From contig OX597818.1 in NCBI GenBank assembly GCA_951406725.2, forward strand, positions 23,436,001-23,500,000: a stretch of DNA of 64,000 nt. Direction: 5' to 3'. Both the position numbers and the translations under genes were made by a program. The stretch's first letter is position 1. Each line of letters opens with the position of its first letter. The notes under the pieces were generated by a model, which did no database searches, had not been told where the DNA came from, and saw only the letters and a list, made by a program, of their open reading frames with translations. Shown here one piece after another: positions 12,255 to 24,917 of this stretch. The stretch comes from Octopus vulgaris. Lineage: Eukaryota.

Positions 12255-13270
12255 TCTACCCTAAAGTCCAACCCCTCCTCAAAGCGTTAGGGATGGTGTA
12301 AACGGGCAGTGTCAGAGCTATGCCGTTGGGAACTTCGGTTCCTGGTAGGGCCACCCAAGGCGGATTGGTCTGGCACTGAGTGGTATTAGGGTCGCAGCCT
12401 GGCCAATGGGGCTCTGGTGAAAATTCCAAGAGGCGTCTGATCGACAGCTTCGCGGTCGTTCTGTCCCTGCATCTGTGGAGACTCCACGGCAAACAGGGCA
12501 TCCCGTCACTCGGGACGTGCATGCAGGATGTCCAGGACCGCTTGTGAATTCAATATTCCCAGGAAACCTCTTCTATGAGAGAAGAAGCCAGCTCAACCCG
12601 CCCTGGGTGAACGCCGTCACAAGTAAAAAGTAAGCCATCTCTAAAATGGGTAACCTCTCTGACCCTACCAACTATCAAATATGTCAGTCTCACTTCCAAC
12701 ATCTCAAAAGTGATAGAGACAATCACAAACACATTCAATACCATAAGTTTCATTTCTTCTTCAATGAGTACCAATATGGCTTCCATAAATCCAGATCTAC
12801 ATGGAACTCACATTTATATGTCCCTAACTCTTAACCCTTTCGTTACTGTATTTATTTTAAGATGCTCTGTGTTTCTTTCAATTATTTAAAATATAACAAA
12901 GAATTTAGTAAAATAACCTAGTTATCATTAAGCTAGTGTTAGGAATATAAATTGCGACTAAGGTTTGGTGGTATATTTTGATGCAAAACTTATGAAAACA
13001 AGACATTTGTACTACAGAGCCAGTTGGTAACGAAAGGGTTAAGAAACTTAGCAAAAGCAATACCAGCACTTGAAATCAGTAAAGCATTTGTGTTTAGCAT
13101 GAAAATCTCAGGGCTAAATTAACTGCCTATAGCTTTAACTGTTACCCATCTCCTGAGTTGAAAGCTTCCAGTTATATCAAATCCCGTTGCAGCATGCACT
13201 GATGGAGTTCTTTCAAACTAAAACTCTATAAACTTGGGCATGCTCCAAGGTTAGATTATGTTGCCTGCAC
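12255..13270 (+). mobile_element. LINE remnant: GC-rich structured 5' leader (12255-12640) and RT fragments (12650-12830, 13050-13270), interrupted by a MITE
   Basis: GAGCTATGCCG...CCTGGTAGGGCCACCCAAGGCGGATTGGTC resembles RTE/BovB 5'UTR motifs as I recall them. SDPTNYQIC...FNEYQYGFHKSRST is an RT domain-0/1 remnant. Leader and RT pieces may not come from the same element. Confidence 0.5.
12831..13042. mobile_element. piggyBac-type MITE, family A
   Basis: TTAA-CCCTTTCGTTAC...GTAACGAAAGGG-TTAA. Second copy in opposite orientation at 46173-46401. Confidence 0.85.
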
Positions 13271-14019
13271 ACCTTTTCTTGTATATTAAATCTAAAACTA
13301 TAAACTTGGGTAATTTCCACTGTGAAAGAATGTGATTCTACTTGCTGAACAATGGTTTTGCATTTTGGCACAAAGCCAGCAAATGGGTTGGTTAATTACA
13401 TTGACTCTATGTTCAACTGGAACTTATTTTATCGATCCCAAAAGGATGAAAGGTAAAGTTGATTTCAGCAGTATTTGAAGATAGAATGTAAGGAACCAGA
13501 AGAAATGCCGCTAAGTATTTTTTTCTCGTGCTCTAAAAAATATGCCAGCTTGCTGCCATCTACTAATTGAATAATAAACAATAGATAGTGTATCATCTCT
13601 TTGTCTTCATTTATTTTTATCTTAAAGATGCTGATTAGTAAAAGGAGGACATAATAGACTGAACCAACTTCAGCATATTACTGATACTCAATCCCAGAAA
13701 ATTTGAACTGAGATTCTTTTTCCTTTTTCTTTTTTTAAAAGATGAAACTGAATACTGGAATACATTTAGTCTGACACTCTAGTGTTTCTGCTGTCCATCA
13801 CTGCTGCAATAATTCTTGTTGATTTTATAGATCATATCAAAAATCAATATCTTTTGATTTGAAAGTCTAGAAATGCTTACTAAAATAAAGAATACCAACT
13901 TAATTTCAAAACAGTTATATAGTTTAATTCAAATTATTGGAACAATTGTGAATATCACTATTCTGTATGTAAAATTGTTAGTCTTTTTCTTTTTTTATTT
14001 CTTATTTTTGGAGGGAGAA

Positions 14020-15900
14020 ATCGAAAAGTCCAAGATTTTCGTAAACACGATAATTTAAACCAGTTAACAAAGATTACCAGCATTCTTCAAAAATTAGCCA
14101 CGTCTAAAACCGGACGGGGAAATCTAACAGATAAATAATTGGACTTTATAACCAAACAACTCATGCATTTAAACAGCAAAATTTGCAACAAAATTTCAGA
14201 GTAACCTGCAATTCGCATACGAACGTTTGCAATTATGTTAAAATAGTAAGAAGATATATTTTAAAATGAATTATCTCCAATTCGAAAGAATGTCAAATCT
14301 TCTGTTTCCACACATCAATCACACACAACTGTTATTTGCAAACTAAACTACATTCGAACTTACGTGAAATTGCTAAGGTACTTATCATTATGATTATTGG
14401 CTGAAAGCTCACACACCTCCTGTTTCACCTCTCTCTCTCTCCCTCTCTCAATTCAGCTTCTTTCCATCCCTTTCTAACCATTATTTTTTTCTTTCTTTCT
14501 TTGTCACTGCTCTTTTTCTCATTATTCTTCTTCGTATTCTCCATCAAACTGTCAAACTGTAAATATTCCATCTATACTTCAACACGGATATTTCTGATAA
14601 ACGTAATGCGTAGATTTGCTTCCATGTCTGTCTTCTCAAGTATCCACGTGACAAGTGTTTCACATTTTCCAGCAGAATTTATTTCTTAATACTATACGTA
14701 CATACAGTTTACCAACTTCCATACACACATACCTTCCTCTAACAGCAAACAGACTACCAACTTCCATGCACGTATACCTTTCTATTACATCATCTTGTCT
14801 ACATTCTCCTTAATATTTTTACTTCTAAGTTATAATGGGGAATACGTTGCATAATTTTTGAGTAATTTTACAGACACCTTAAGTTTTTTTAATGCTTGAA
14901 GATCATGGCCACATTTCCTGCATAGATGGATAGGTAGATAGATAGATAGATCGATAGATATATAGATGGATGGAAAGAAAGATAGATGGATAGAGGGGGT
15001 GTTATTTATAACATTAACTCCAAGCTGAATGAAGAACTTAACGCATTAAAGGCGGGGAATTTACAAATATATATATAAATTAATAAAAATCGATTGCAAC
15101 CAACGATTATTTTTTATGTGCGTGCGCGTGTGTGTATGTGTGTAATAATTATTATGAATATTTATGTTGTTTATAACGATTTTATGAACATTATCATAAC
15201 AGTAATGAATGTCCAAATAACAAATAGCATCTGTTAGTATATAAGAATTTAACAAGATTTATCTCTTCGATAACACATTAACTGCTGTTGAGAAAAATTC
15301 GACACCACTTGTACAAAATATATAATTAGAATAATTTCATACAAACACGAAAGAACTGATTGAAATGAAACGATCCACTACGATTTTAAAATCGTATCAA
15401 TTACAACGTTTGAGAATAAGCAATAAAATGTTAAATACTGATGAAAAACAATTTACAATAAATTATTACCTTGAATCAGCAGCTTAGAGGGAAATGTAGA
15501 TAGTTTACAAGTACAACCTTTTTCTCTGTCTTCAGTTTTCTTTGTGTAGTGACGGTGTAGTCAAGGAAGATCGTGACGTGGTGTACAGATTAAATTGGTT
15601 TTCTTGTTTGTAACCAACGAATTAATTTCTTAGAGCCACAAAAATACCAAACAACACTATGAGAATTCCAGTAAACGACTAATGAGATTTATGAAACGTC
15701 ACTCAGAGACCTTCTCCTGTAAGGGAGGTTACTCATTCCCTCCAACTTACACTTTACCATTGACGTCGTGTCAAGGACACAATAGACTAGTTCTTCTGGA
15801 AGAGATAAATACCCGCCTGTCGTCAACAAATCTTTTATTATTGCCTCCTCTGTGTTCGGCCCTGCGTGGCTTAATAAAGAAATCTATCTTTTATCTTTTA
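14020..15900 (-). promoter_or_regulatory. Probable PPM1K promoter and 5'UTR exon region
   Basis: Visible rise in CpG and few repeats. Candidate minus-strand donors CAC|GTAAGT (exon end 14364) and AAG|GTAATA (exon end 15470). CACGTGAC at 14645, TGACGTGG at 15574, TGACGTC at 15761. The coding exon has an acceptor before its ATG, so an upstream exon is expected. Confidence 0.5.
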
Positions 15901-15912
15901 CTTGTTTCGTCA

Positions 15913-16379
15913 TAATAATAATAATAATAATTCGTTCGTTTATTGGCCACAAGGGCTAACAAAAATCGATTAAAACATAAAGGGACAAAACGCAGGACGA
16001 AAGTTATAAAGGGTTTTGTCCGTTTGAAAAAGTCCGTGTACAAAAGCAGGATAACAACGAAATGTAAGTAACAATTAAAACTCCCAATAGGGGGAGGCGC
16101 TTCGAAAGGTTACTCGTGGAAAAAACCCATAAAAGATAATGAAATTATTGTATACAGTGCTCAGGTGCACCACAACTTGTCAAAAGTGCGTATAAAGCAT
16201 ATGCAGTAATGTTCAAATGTCTGTGTATGAGTCAGATATATGCTTGCGTGTGTATGGAGGGGAGAAAATCAGGTGTAGTGTTGGCGAATCTCAGGAAGCA
16301 TAGAAGTTTTGAAAGATGCAGTGCTCCGACAACTAACAACTGATGTCGGCAGTTTGTTCCATACTTCAGCAACTCTTAG
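15913..16379 (-). mobile_element. Two LINE 3' ends with (TTA)n-type tails; the second (16135-16379) is CR1-like
   Basis: Minus translation LRVAEVWNKLPTSVVSCRSTASFKT is a CR1/L2-type C-terminus. The same 3' end recurs at 25612-25677. Confidence 0.6.
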
Positions 16380-16591
16380 CGGACTGCAGCCATGCTGTAG
16401 CACCACTTTGAAGAATTTTTGGTCGAACGAACTGAGCCCAGAACTTTTCTGTTTAAGCTTGGTGCTTATTCTGTCGAATCCTTTTTACCGAACCGCAAAC
16501 TTACGGGGACGTAAACGACGGTTGTGAAACGATGGCGAGGGACCCAAACACACACACACACGACGGGTTTCTTTCAGTTTCTACCAAATCA

Positions 16592-17003
16592 GGATTTTAT
16601 CGGTTTGGACGGCAGTTTTTTCTAGCGGTGTCTTATGTAATTGTCACCCATAATTATGACCCTAGTATCGATCTATTGCATTTCAATCTGTTTTAGGGTT
16701 AGGGGTGGGGGGAAGGGTATCTTTTTTTTCTTCAGAAATCTAAATAAACCCAATCTGTTTCTTAAACGAGGGACATATTCATACGGCACAGAATGTTTTC
16801 ACCTCATTAGACGTCATTGATTGGTTGAAATTGCAGAAATTGAAGAAAAACAACAACAAATATCTTACAAACTATAGAATTTTCTCAAAAAAGCCAAGAG
16901 AAAAAGATGTTTTATAAACACATTCTACCAGTATACGAAGTTTAAAAGTGTTTAGTTACGTGGAAATTATTTTAATAAACTGCCGGTCAAACCGAAAAGA
17001 TCC
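16592..17003. mobile_element. MITE with 27-bp TIRs and 8-bp TSD (Merlin-like)
   Basis: GGATTTTATCGGTTTGGACGGCAGTTT / AAACTGCCGGTCAAACCGAAAAGATCC. Flanks CCAAATCA and CCAAATCC duplicate the host SINE sequence. GG termini with an 8-bp TSD fit Merlin. Confidence 0.75.
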
Positions 17004-17139
17004 CCAAATCCATTCACAAGACTTTGGTCAGCCCGAAGCTATAGTAGAAGACACTTACCTAAGGTGCCACACAGTGGGACTGAATCCGGAACTATGTGGC
17101 TGCGAAGCCAGCTTCCATACAGCCACGCTTGCACCTATT

Positions 17140-17359
17140 ATCTTTTTCTTGTTTCAGTCATTAGATTAGGGCCATGCTAAAGCACCACCTTGAACGATCT
17201 TTGTCGAACAAACCGACCCCAGTACTTACTTTTTAATAACACTGGTACATATTCTATCGGTCTCCTTTGTCGAACTGCTAGGTTACGATGACAAACATTC
17301 AAACACCAGTTGTCAAGCGAGGGGGGGGGCACAGACTCAGACACACACACACATACACA

Positions 17360-17390
<31 letters not shown>

Positions 17391-17668
17391 GGATGGATGG
17401 ATGGATGGATGGATGGATGGATGGACGGACGGGCGGACGGACGGACGGACGGACGGACGGACGGACGGACGGACGGACGGACAGACGGATGGACGGGCGG
17501 GCGGGCAGGCTTCTTTCAGTTTCTGTCAACCAAATCTGCTCACAAGGCTTTGGTCAGACCAAAGCTATATTCGAAAACACTTTGCCCAAGGTGTCATACA
17601 GTGGGACTGACTCTGGAACCATGTGGTTTGGAAGCAAGCTTCACACTACACAGCCACACCTGCACCTA
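17140..17668 (-). mobile_element. SINE with an expanded compound microsatellite (CA)n(GGAT)n(GGAC)n
   Basis: Same family as 8943-9335 in reverse; microsatellite at 17341-17505. Confidence 0.75.
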
Positions 17669-19239
17669 TTAAGGATTTTTTTTTTTTTTTGGCACCTTCT
17701 TTATTCATGAGAAGGCAAAACAGAATTTTCATCCATATAATTTTTTCTTCTCCTTGGTTTTGGACAATTTTGAAAAAGCTGAAACATTACAGTTCACTCT
17801 CTTTCCAATCCTCATAAGCACTGTATCAGAAAGTATAGATCCAGGTATTTTTTAAATTCTGAATGGTCACAGCTGGATTATCTCGGGATTAAGAACAATA
17901 CATTAAGACAACCAACAAATATAATCATCTTGAAAAATATCTAGGACTTAAGTTCATTTTTGCTTTATCTTTTTGGCAAGATGACAAAAGACCAAGATAT
18001 CCGGTGCCTTACAATACTCAAGAAAACCCATCCTCTACAACAGAAGAACTAAGGCTACATCCCCTAGTGAAGAAGATTGGCTTGTGAGAGTCCTATGTCT
18101 GTGCCATGTAAAAGCACTCATGCTGGTGCCACGTTAAAAGCATCCAGCCCACACTGTAAAGTGGTTGGTGCCAGGAAGGGCATCCAGTTGTAGAAACCAA
18201 GCCAAATCAGACTGGAACCTGGTGCAGTTCTCCAGCTTTCAAGCTCAAGTCAAATCGTCCAACCCATGCCAGCATGGAAAGCAGACATTAAAGGATGATT
18301 ATATTATATTATAAATCAGCAATTATGTATATAACTTGGCAATTTCTAACTCACCTCAAAAACTCACAGTACATTTACAGAGCATACATAACATGGTGAC
18401 AGAAAACATCAGCTTTAGCTGTTTTAGCTATATTCTTAAATTTACAGTGAAAACGAGACAAGATTTTGTAATTGTTATATATTTTCTCAAGGGTGTGTTA
18501 TCAAAAATACTTTCAGTCTTTAATTAAAATCAATCCAATGGATTGGGAACTTATCTTTTATTCTAATTATGTGTTTTATTTTTTAGGGAAGAGGTCAGTT
18601 TGGGAAAATCTATTGGAATGCATATTTAATGGCCCCAAAACTCCAGTTAATAAAATAAACTTTGACAAGTATAATAAAAGGCTGAGTTGACAAAATAAAA
18701 TAGAATGTACACTATTTAATGTTATGTCACATCAAGGTAAATTGTTTTACTTAACCCTGAGTTGATTCTTGCTTCAAATCTACAAGAAATAAACATAATC
18801 ATAATTAGATAATTAGAAAGTCATCAATAGATTCAACAGCCTGTCTCTTCTGCTGACTTTTAAACCATGGTTGTAATCACACACCTGTCCACTTAAGAAG
18901 ATTACATTTATCAGAAAATGATGTTTGAAAATTCATTTCTAATCTTGTTCAGCTTTGTTGCATTTCCACAGTTATCATAGGCAATGCTAAGGTCTCTCTC
19001 TGTTACAAGAAAACCTAGTCTTTTACTATTGATTTCATTTGACTGACATCAAAGCCTAAAGTTTTTCAGGAAGTGAATGCAACTAAACTGGTTCCAGTAT
19101 ATTTTACTTAATCATTCTTCAAGTAGTGAAAGATAGAATCATAGTAGACAGGAATTAGACACAAAACCAGGAAGTAGTAAACTAAAGATATTAAAGAAAT
19201 ATTAAATATTGATTCCGTAATTTTACAAACATTGTCATC

Positions 19240-19527
19240 AGTGGTTAGAGCAGCAGACTCGCGGTTGAGGGATTGCAGGTTCAAATCTCAGACTGGGCGA
19301 TGCGTGTGTTTATGAGCGAAATACCTAAGCTCCACACGGCTCCGGCAGAAGGTAATGGCAAACTTCTACTGACTCTTTTGCCACAACTTTCTCTCACTCT
19401 TTCCTCTTGCATCTTGCAGCTCACCTGCGACGGACCAGTGTCCCATCCAGGTGGGGAACCTATATACGCCAAGGAAACCGGGAAACCGGCCCTTATGAGC
19501 CAGGCATGGCTCGAGAAGGAACAAACA
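19240..19527 (+). mobile_element. tRNA-derived SINE of a distinct, CpG-retaining family
   Basis: AGTGGTTAGAGC...GGTTCAAATC head. 3' part CCTGCGACGGACCAGTGTCCCATCCAGG...GGAAACCGGG resembles widespread invertebrate SINE domains. Confidence 0.65.
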
Positions 19528-20953
19528 TATGATGATGCAGTAGTAGAATCAGTGGAGCACTGGAATACCTTGTGGTATTCGATTACATCCTTTACATATT
19601 GAGTTCAAATCTTACCAAGCTTAACTTTGCTTTTCAGTCTTATGAAGTACCTTGACACTCTCCCCAGTTCAATATGTGCATGTGTGTTTGTGAGTACCCA
19701 TGTCTTGATATTCTCTGACAGTTGTAAGTGAGCATGTAAGTTGTTGTTCATTGAAATTCTCCCACGGAAAACATGTTTGGTCATGAAAAAAATACTATGT
19801 CGCTTAGAAACAAGTAAAGATTGTTGACATAGACCACATTTTCTCCATTGATTCTTTCATCATCGTCGTCGTTGTTGTTGTCATCATTGTCATCATCACC
19901 ACCGTCATCATCATCATTATTGTTGTCGTCATCATCATCATCTTCATCATCTTTTAATGTTCATGTTCCCTGCTGGTATGTGTTGGATGATTCAACAAGA
20001 TCCAACTAGCCCAAGGGCTGTGTTGCTCTCTATGATCTACTTGGCAAGGTTTCTGTGACTTGATACCCTCCCTAAAACTACTTGGGCTATAAAAAGTGAC
20101 AAAAGTAGTTCTCAAAAATTTCTTGAAGTCATTACAAATTCTAAGTAACTTGCTTTCTATTGATTTTATTTATTTTATCAAGACTGATTAGACTCCCACC
20201 TGTATCGCATCACATGAAGTGACTGAATTTTATCTGACCAACTACTTTCAAGCAAATATATTCATGGTCACTGGCAGAGAAACACTACCTTTGTGTATTG
20301 TGGATACAGTAGTTAACTGTTGTCCTTTTAATTCTTACTAGCTAGACCAGTGAAACCTTCACAGAAAATATAAAAAATGTAATCATCTGTAAATTATGTG
20401 CTGGTGCCATTAGAAATGTTTCTATATTGTGACTGTTACAGAATATAGAAAGAAGTGTAAAACCAATAACTATATAATCCAACCAAAATATCTCAGTTAC
20501 ACAAATGTAAACAGAATTACTATGTAGCCTTAAAATGCATCATATATATTCAAAGAACCTTCTTAGTTCAATGGTGCAGAACGTCCCTCTGGTATTCTTT
20601 TATTTTGACTGTGGCCATGCTGGAGCACTACCCTTTAGCCAAAGAAATTGAAAGTGCTAGGGTTAAATATGCACATGATCAATCCACACTTGCATGACAA
20701 TGACATTCATTTACAATCATTACATGTTATCTAGACAAGGGTACACACACGCACACATATATATACATATACAAATGCATACATACAATGTATGTGTGTA
20801 TGTGTGTGTGTGCGCGCGCACGCACATGTATGTATGTGTGTTGAATAAGTGCTTTTGAACAGGAAAAATATTTCCACAAAATTCAGGAGGTTAATTCTTT
20901 ATCATCATGAGAAGATAGTATCTTGGGGAGATTTTTAGACAGCTGTGTATGTA

Positions 20954-22247
20954 CGAGGGGCGTTCAATAAGTAATGCCCCTGACCCACTTCGCATAGCAG
21001 TAGAGCAACGAAACTTGGCACAGTTATTAGTCTTTTTATACATAGGAACCACCCAGAGTTACGCATTTCTCCCATCGTTTGATGCAGCCCTGGAGACTGT
21101 TTTTCTAGAAGACCCCAGCTTGGTCCTCCAGCCACGACGTGACTTCAGAAATCAAGGCTGCATCATCTGGGAAACGCCTTCCTTTCAAAAACAACTTCAT
21201 GGCTGGGAAGAGGTGAAAATCAGAGGGTGCAAGGTCAGGAGTGTAGGGGGGATGGGGGAGGAGTTCATAGCAGCACGCCTGCGCTTCTGATCTGGCGACA
21301 CGCGAGTTGTGGATCGGAGCGTTGTCCTGCAGGAGGAGGATGCCTTTGCTGATCTTGCCCCGCCTCTTGATTTTGATAGCTTCTCTTAATTTCATCAAAA
21401 GTGAAGCATAATAGGCTCCTGTAATTGTGGTAACATTTGCCAGAAAATCTGTCATCACTATTCCGTCCTGGTCCCAGAAGACTGTGAGCATGACCTTACC
21501 AGCGGAGGGCTGCACCCTTGCCTTCTTTGGAGGAGGTGAGTCACGGTGCTTCCACTGCATTGACTGGGCTTTGGTCTCTAGATCATAGTGATGGACCCAG
21601 GTTTCATCCTGTGTAATCATTCTTTTGAAAAATTTTGACTCATGTTCTTGGCACATCTCCAAATTCATCCTCGAGCACTCGACGCATTCTTGCTTCTGGA
21701 AAGGTGTGAGCAACCTGGGAATCCATCTGGCAGACACCTTTTTGCATATGCAAATGGTCATGAATGATAGTTTCCACAGACCCGGTACTAATCTTGACCT
21801 CATGGGCTATTTGGCGAATAGTTATGCGTCGATCTTCCAAAATAGCAGCCTCAACTTGATGGACAGATGCCTCATCAATGGCAGAAGGGGGGCGACCAGA
21901 TCTGGGGGCTGTTTCCACAAAGTTCCGACCATGTTTGAATTCACGATGCCAGCGTTTTACAAGGTCATATGATGGGGCATTATCACCATAAGTTACTTTC
22001 ATTTCATCAAAAGTCTCCCGTGGTGTGCGTCCTTTCAAATACAAAAACCGGATCACTGCTCGACACTCAACAGGCTCCATTTCACACTTGACTCAGTTCA
22101 AACACCTGTAAATCAAAAACCACAATTAGTTCAGAGCTGTGATTCGCCACGTAATCTATAGAGATATAAATAATTGCACATGCAGAATTTCAGCTAGATC
22201 AAACTACTGCAAGTGGGTCAGAGGCATTACTTATTGAATGTCCCTCG
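20954..22247 (-). mobile_element. Full-length mariner transposon (about 1.29 kb, DD34D)
   Basis: TA-flanked TIRs CGAGGGGCGTTCAATAAGTAATGCCCCTGACCC / GGGTCAGAGGCATTACTTATTGAATGTCCCTCG. Confidence 0.95.
21027..22080 (-). pseudogene. Mariner transposase pseudogene
   Basis: HTH region, W(I)PRLLT, QDETWVHHY, LLQDNAPIH and HPPYTPDLAPSDFHLF are all present. One extra base in the T-run 21739-21743 and premature stops at 21105-07 and near 21036. Confidence 0.92.
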
Positions 22248-22509
22248 TATGTATGCATGTATGTATATAAACATACATTGCTTTATAGTTAAACAGTTCA
22301 TTTAGCAACTATCTGATATGAGGTTCAATTCCAGTGCACTGAACATTGGTAAAATTTTTTCTGTCCTAAACTTGATCAAAGTGAAATTTTCTAGATGAAA
22401 GCCATCAGTTGGGTGAGGGCTTTTCCTGTTATGACCACTAGATCTTGAAAACATCCTTCTTCAAGAATATGAGAATGCTGAATCTTTCAACAACATATAG
22501 TCATACAGT

Positions 22510-22680
22510 TCTATATTTAAGAGATGAGGAACTATGTACATTATTTACAATTGACGGATATTTGTCCTCATCTTGTTTGTTGTTAACACAATGTTTCGGC
22601 TGATATACCCTCCAGTCTTCTTCAGGTGTCTTGGGGATATTTCGAACCTGGGTTCTCGTTCCTAAGGTATTTTTCGATGT
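22510..22680 (-). mobile_element. Penelope-like pLTR with degenerate minimal hammerhead
   Basis: Minus strand GACAC-CTGAAGA-AGACTG...CAGCC-GAAA-CA-TT-GTGTT. Second copy at 35450-35610 (+). Confidence 0.6.
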
Positions 22681-22694
22681 TGTTGTTGTTGTTG

Positions 22695-22793
<99 letters not shown>
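22678..22793. repeat. Compound trinucleotide microsatellite (GTT)n(ATT)n(AGT)n
   Basis: Seen directly. Confidence 0.95.
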
Positions 22794-24861
22794 TTCAGGT
22801 CACTAAAAGAAGCAGCACATATGTTAGGACACAACAACCTCCTACGCAGACCAAATGCAGATATGAATAGCATATGGGAACTGGTATTAAGGAAGGATAG
22901 GAAAATATTAAATCTATAAGCCCTAAAATTCACTCTATAATTGCCCACAGGCATATGGCATTACAACACACAAATGCACCATACTTTGGAGTACTGCACA
23001 TAGTATCTAGAATAATACAGCTGCTACTGGAACCTCTCAACCTATTAGAGAGATAGCAGCCAAATCTCTCTTGAATCATACTCCACCATCTTAGAAAATG
23101 ACATATTGAGTAATGCCATCTTGGACCACCTGCACATAGGAAAAAGATAGGATAGTTGTGGTCAGATGAAATACCTATCAGTTTGCACAATCAGAACACT
23201 CCTGGAGTTATACAGTAACAATTACAGCAACAACAAACATTTCAGACAGAATATTTTAAAAACCCACTCAACTGAAAGGCAAACCCTCATTTGTGAACAC
23301 ACAACCAAGTTCTTATCCACTATTATTACTATGACAGTTCCTGCTTCACTGAACTTGTCGACTATGTACTCCAGCATCTATGATCCTTCAGCATCATCAT
23401 TTAATGAATATCTTCTATGTAGGCATGGGTTGGATGGATTGATAGGATTTGGGGAGCTGCAGGACTGCATCAAGCTATAATGTCCGCTTTGGCATGGTTT
23501 CTGTGGCTGGATGCTCTTCCAAACCCTATTTCATTAATGCGCTTCTCATCTTTATTCTTACAATCTCCCACTTATCCCAACAACTATATTAAATATTTCA
23601 CTCCATCTTTTCTTCTCAGAGTACAACACTCTGAAACATCCTCCCTACTAAAACGTTTTATCCCCAAAAACCTGTACAATAGTGCAAGCATAATGTTAGC
23701 TGTATCAATGCCACTGAAATTAACTTTGTCTCTCATCCTTTCAGCGTGGATAAAATAAAATATCACTTATGTATTGAGGTCGGTGTAATTGACAAGCGCT
23801 CTCTTCTTGAAATTCCTGGCCCTATGGTAAAATTAGAATAAGTAATATTAGTTATATCAATCACACTGGTCTACAGAAGGAGCCTTCATGTGGTTGCTTG
23901 CCCTTCTGGAAGAAGTGGCCAAACTTACCTTAAATTACACTCTACCATCTTAAGTAAGAAAAGAGCCCACCACATCCACAAAATACAGGATAGTTATGAT
24001 TGGAATGCCTTTGATCACAGGTCTACTTCAACAGGAGGGAAAAGGATAAGGATCCTTCCTGGGACATATAAACTCATAGGGCCAGTTTCCTAGCCTTTGT
24101 GGTGTATATATTCCCCCCTGGATGGGATGCTGACCAATTGTAGGATTACTCATTTTTGCCAGCTGAGTGGACTGGATAAATGTGAAATGAAGTGTTTTGC
24201 TCAAGAATAGAATGCATCACCTGGTCCAAGAATCAGTTTCACAATCTTAGGATCATAAGTCCAACACCCTAACCACTAAGCCATGTGCCTGCACAACAGG
24301 GGTAATCTGGAGTTAAACAACAAGAACAACATCAGAGACCTAAAAAGAGCAGTGAAAGCTTCTTCTCTTTATCAAAACCAAAAAATAAAAAAATAAAAAT
24401 GCAAAGCTGCATTACTTTGCAATCTACAGTCCAGAATTTAAACATAGTTTGACCGCTATGGGCATCTGTGTTTGACAAGTTTACTTTTAGCTACAAATTG
24501 ACAGGGTTAATTTTCAAAGCCCAAGTTTGTTATCAAGTAAACATTAGCATTGCACATTCTAGGTCAAAGCAGTGAAGTCTGAGCACCGTTTTTTCTAACA
24601 GTGTTTCTTAACACTTCTCTGTCCTCTCTTCCTACCACCACTGCCACCTTATTACCACTTCGCCATCCTGCTTTCCTTATCGCAGACGATAAGGAAATTA
24701 GTCATGAATACAACACAATTTATAGACGAGCATGAACAGCTTTATATCTATTCAACATTAAAATTCCTTAAAGGCAATATCTAGGGAAATAAACAAAGCA
24801 GGAATAGTAAACACCAGCATCGGTTGTCAAGCGATGGTGGGGGGAAGGAGCACAAACATAT

Positions 24862-24917
<56 letters not shown>

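Larger units (their letters stand above)
15887..17137 (-). mobile_element. SINE carrying nested insertions
   Basis: SINE pieces at 15887-15912, 16380-16591 and 17004-17137 are collinear once the inserts are removed. Confidence 0.7.

Noticed and set aside
16693-16705. Interstitial telomere
   Set aside because: Only two TTAGGG units, inside a MITE
17288-17710. ORFs with THTH/WMDG/RTDG repeats (similarly 22622-22954, 36697-37726, 40956-41511 and 59510-60183)
   Set aside because: Translations of microsatellites
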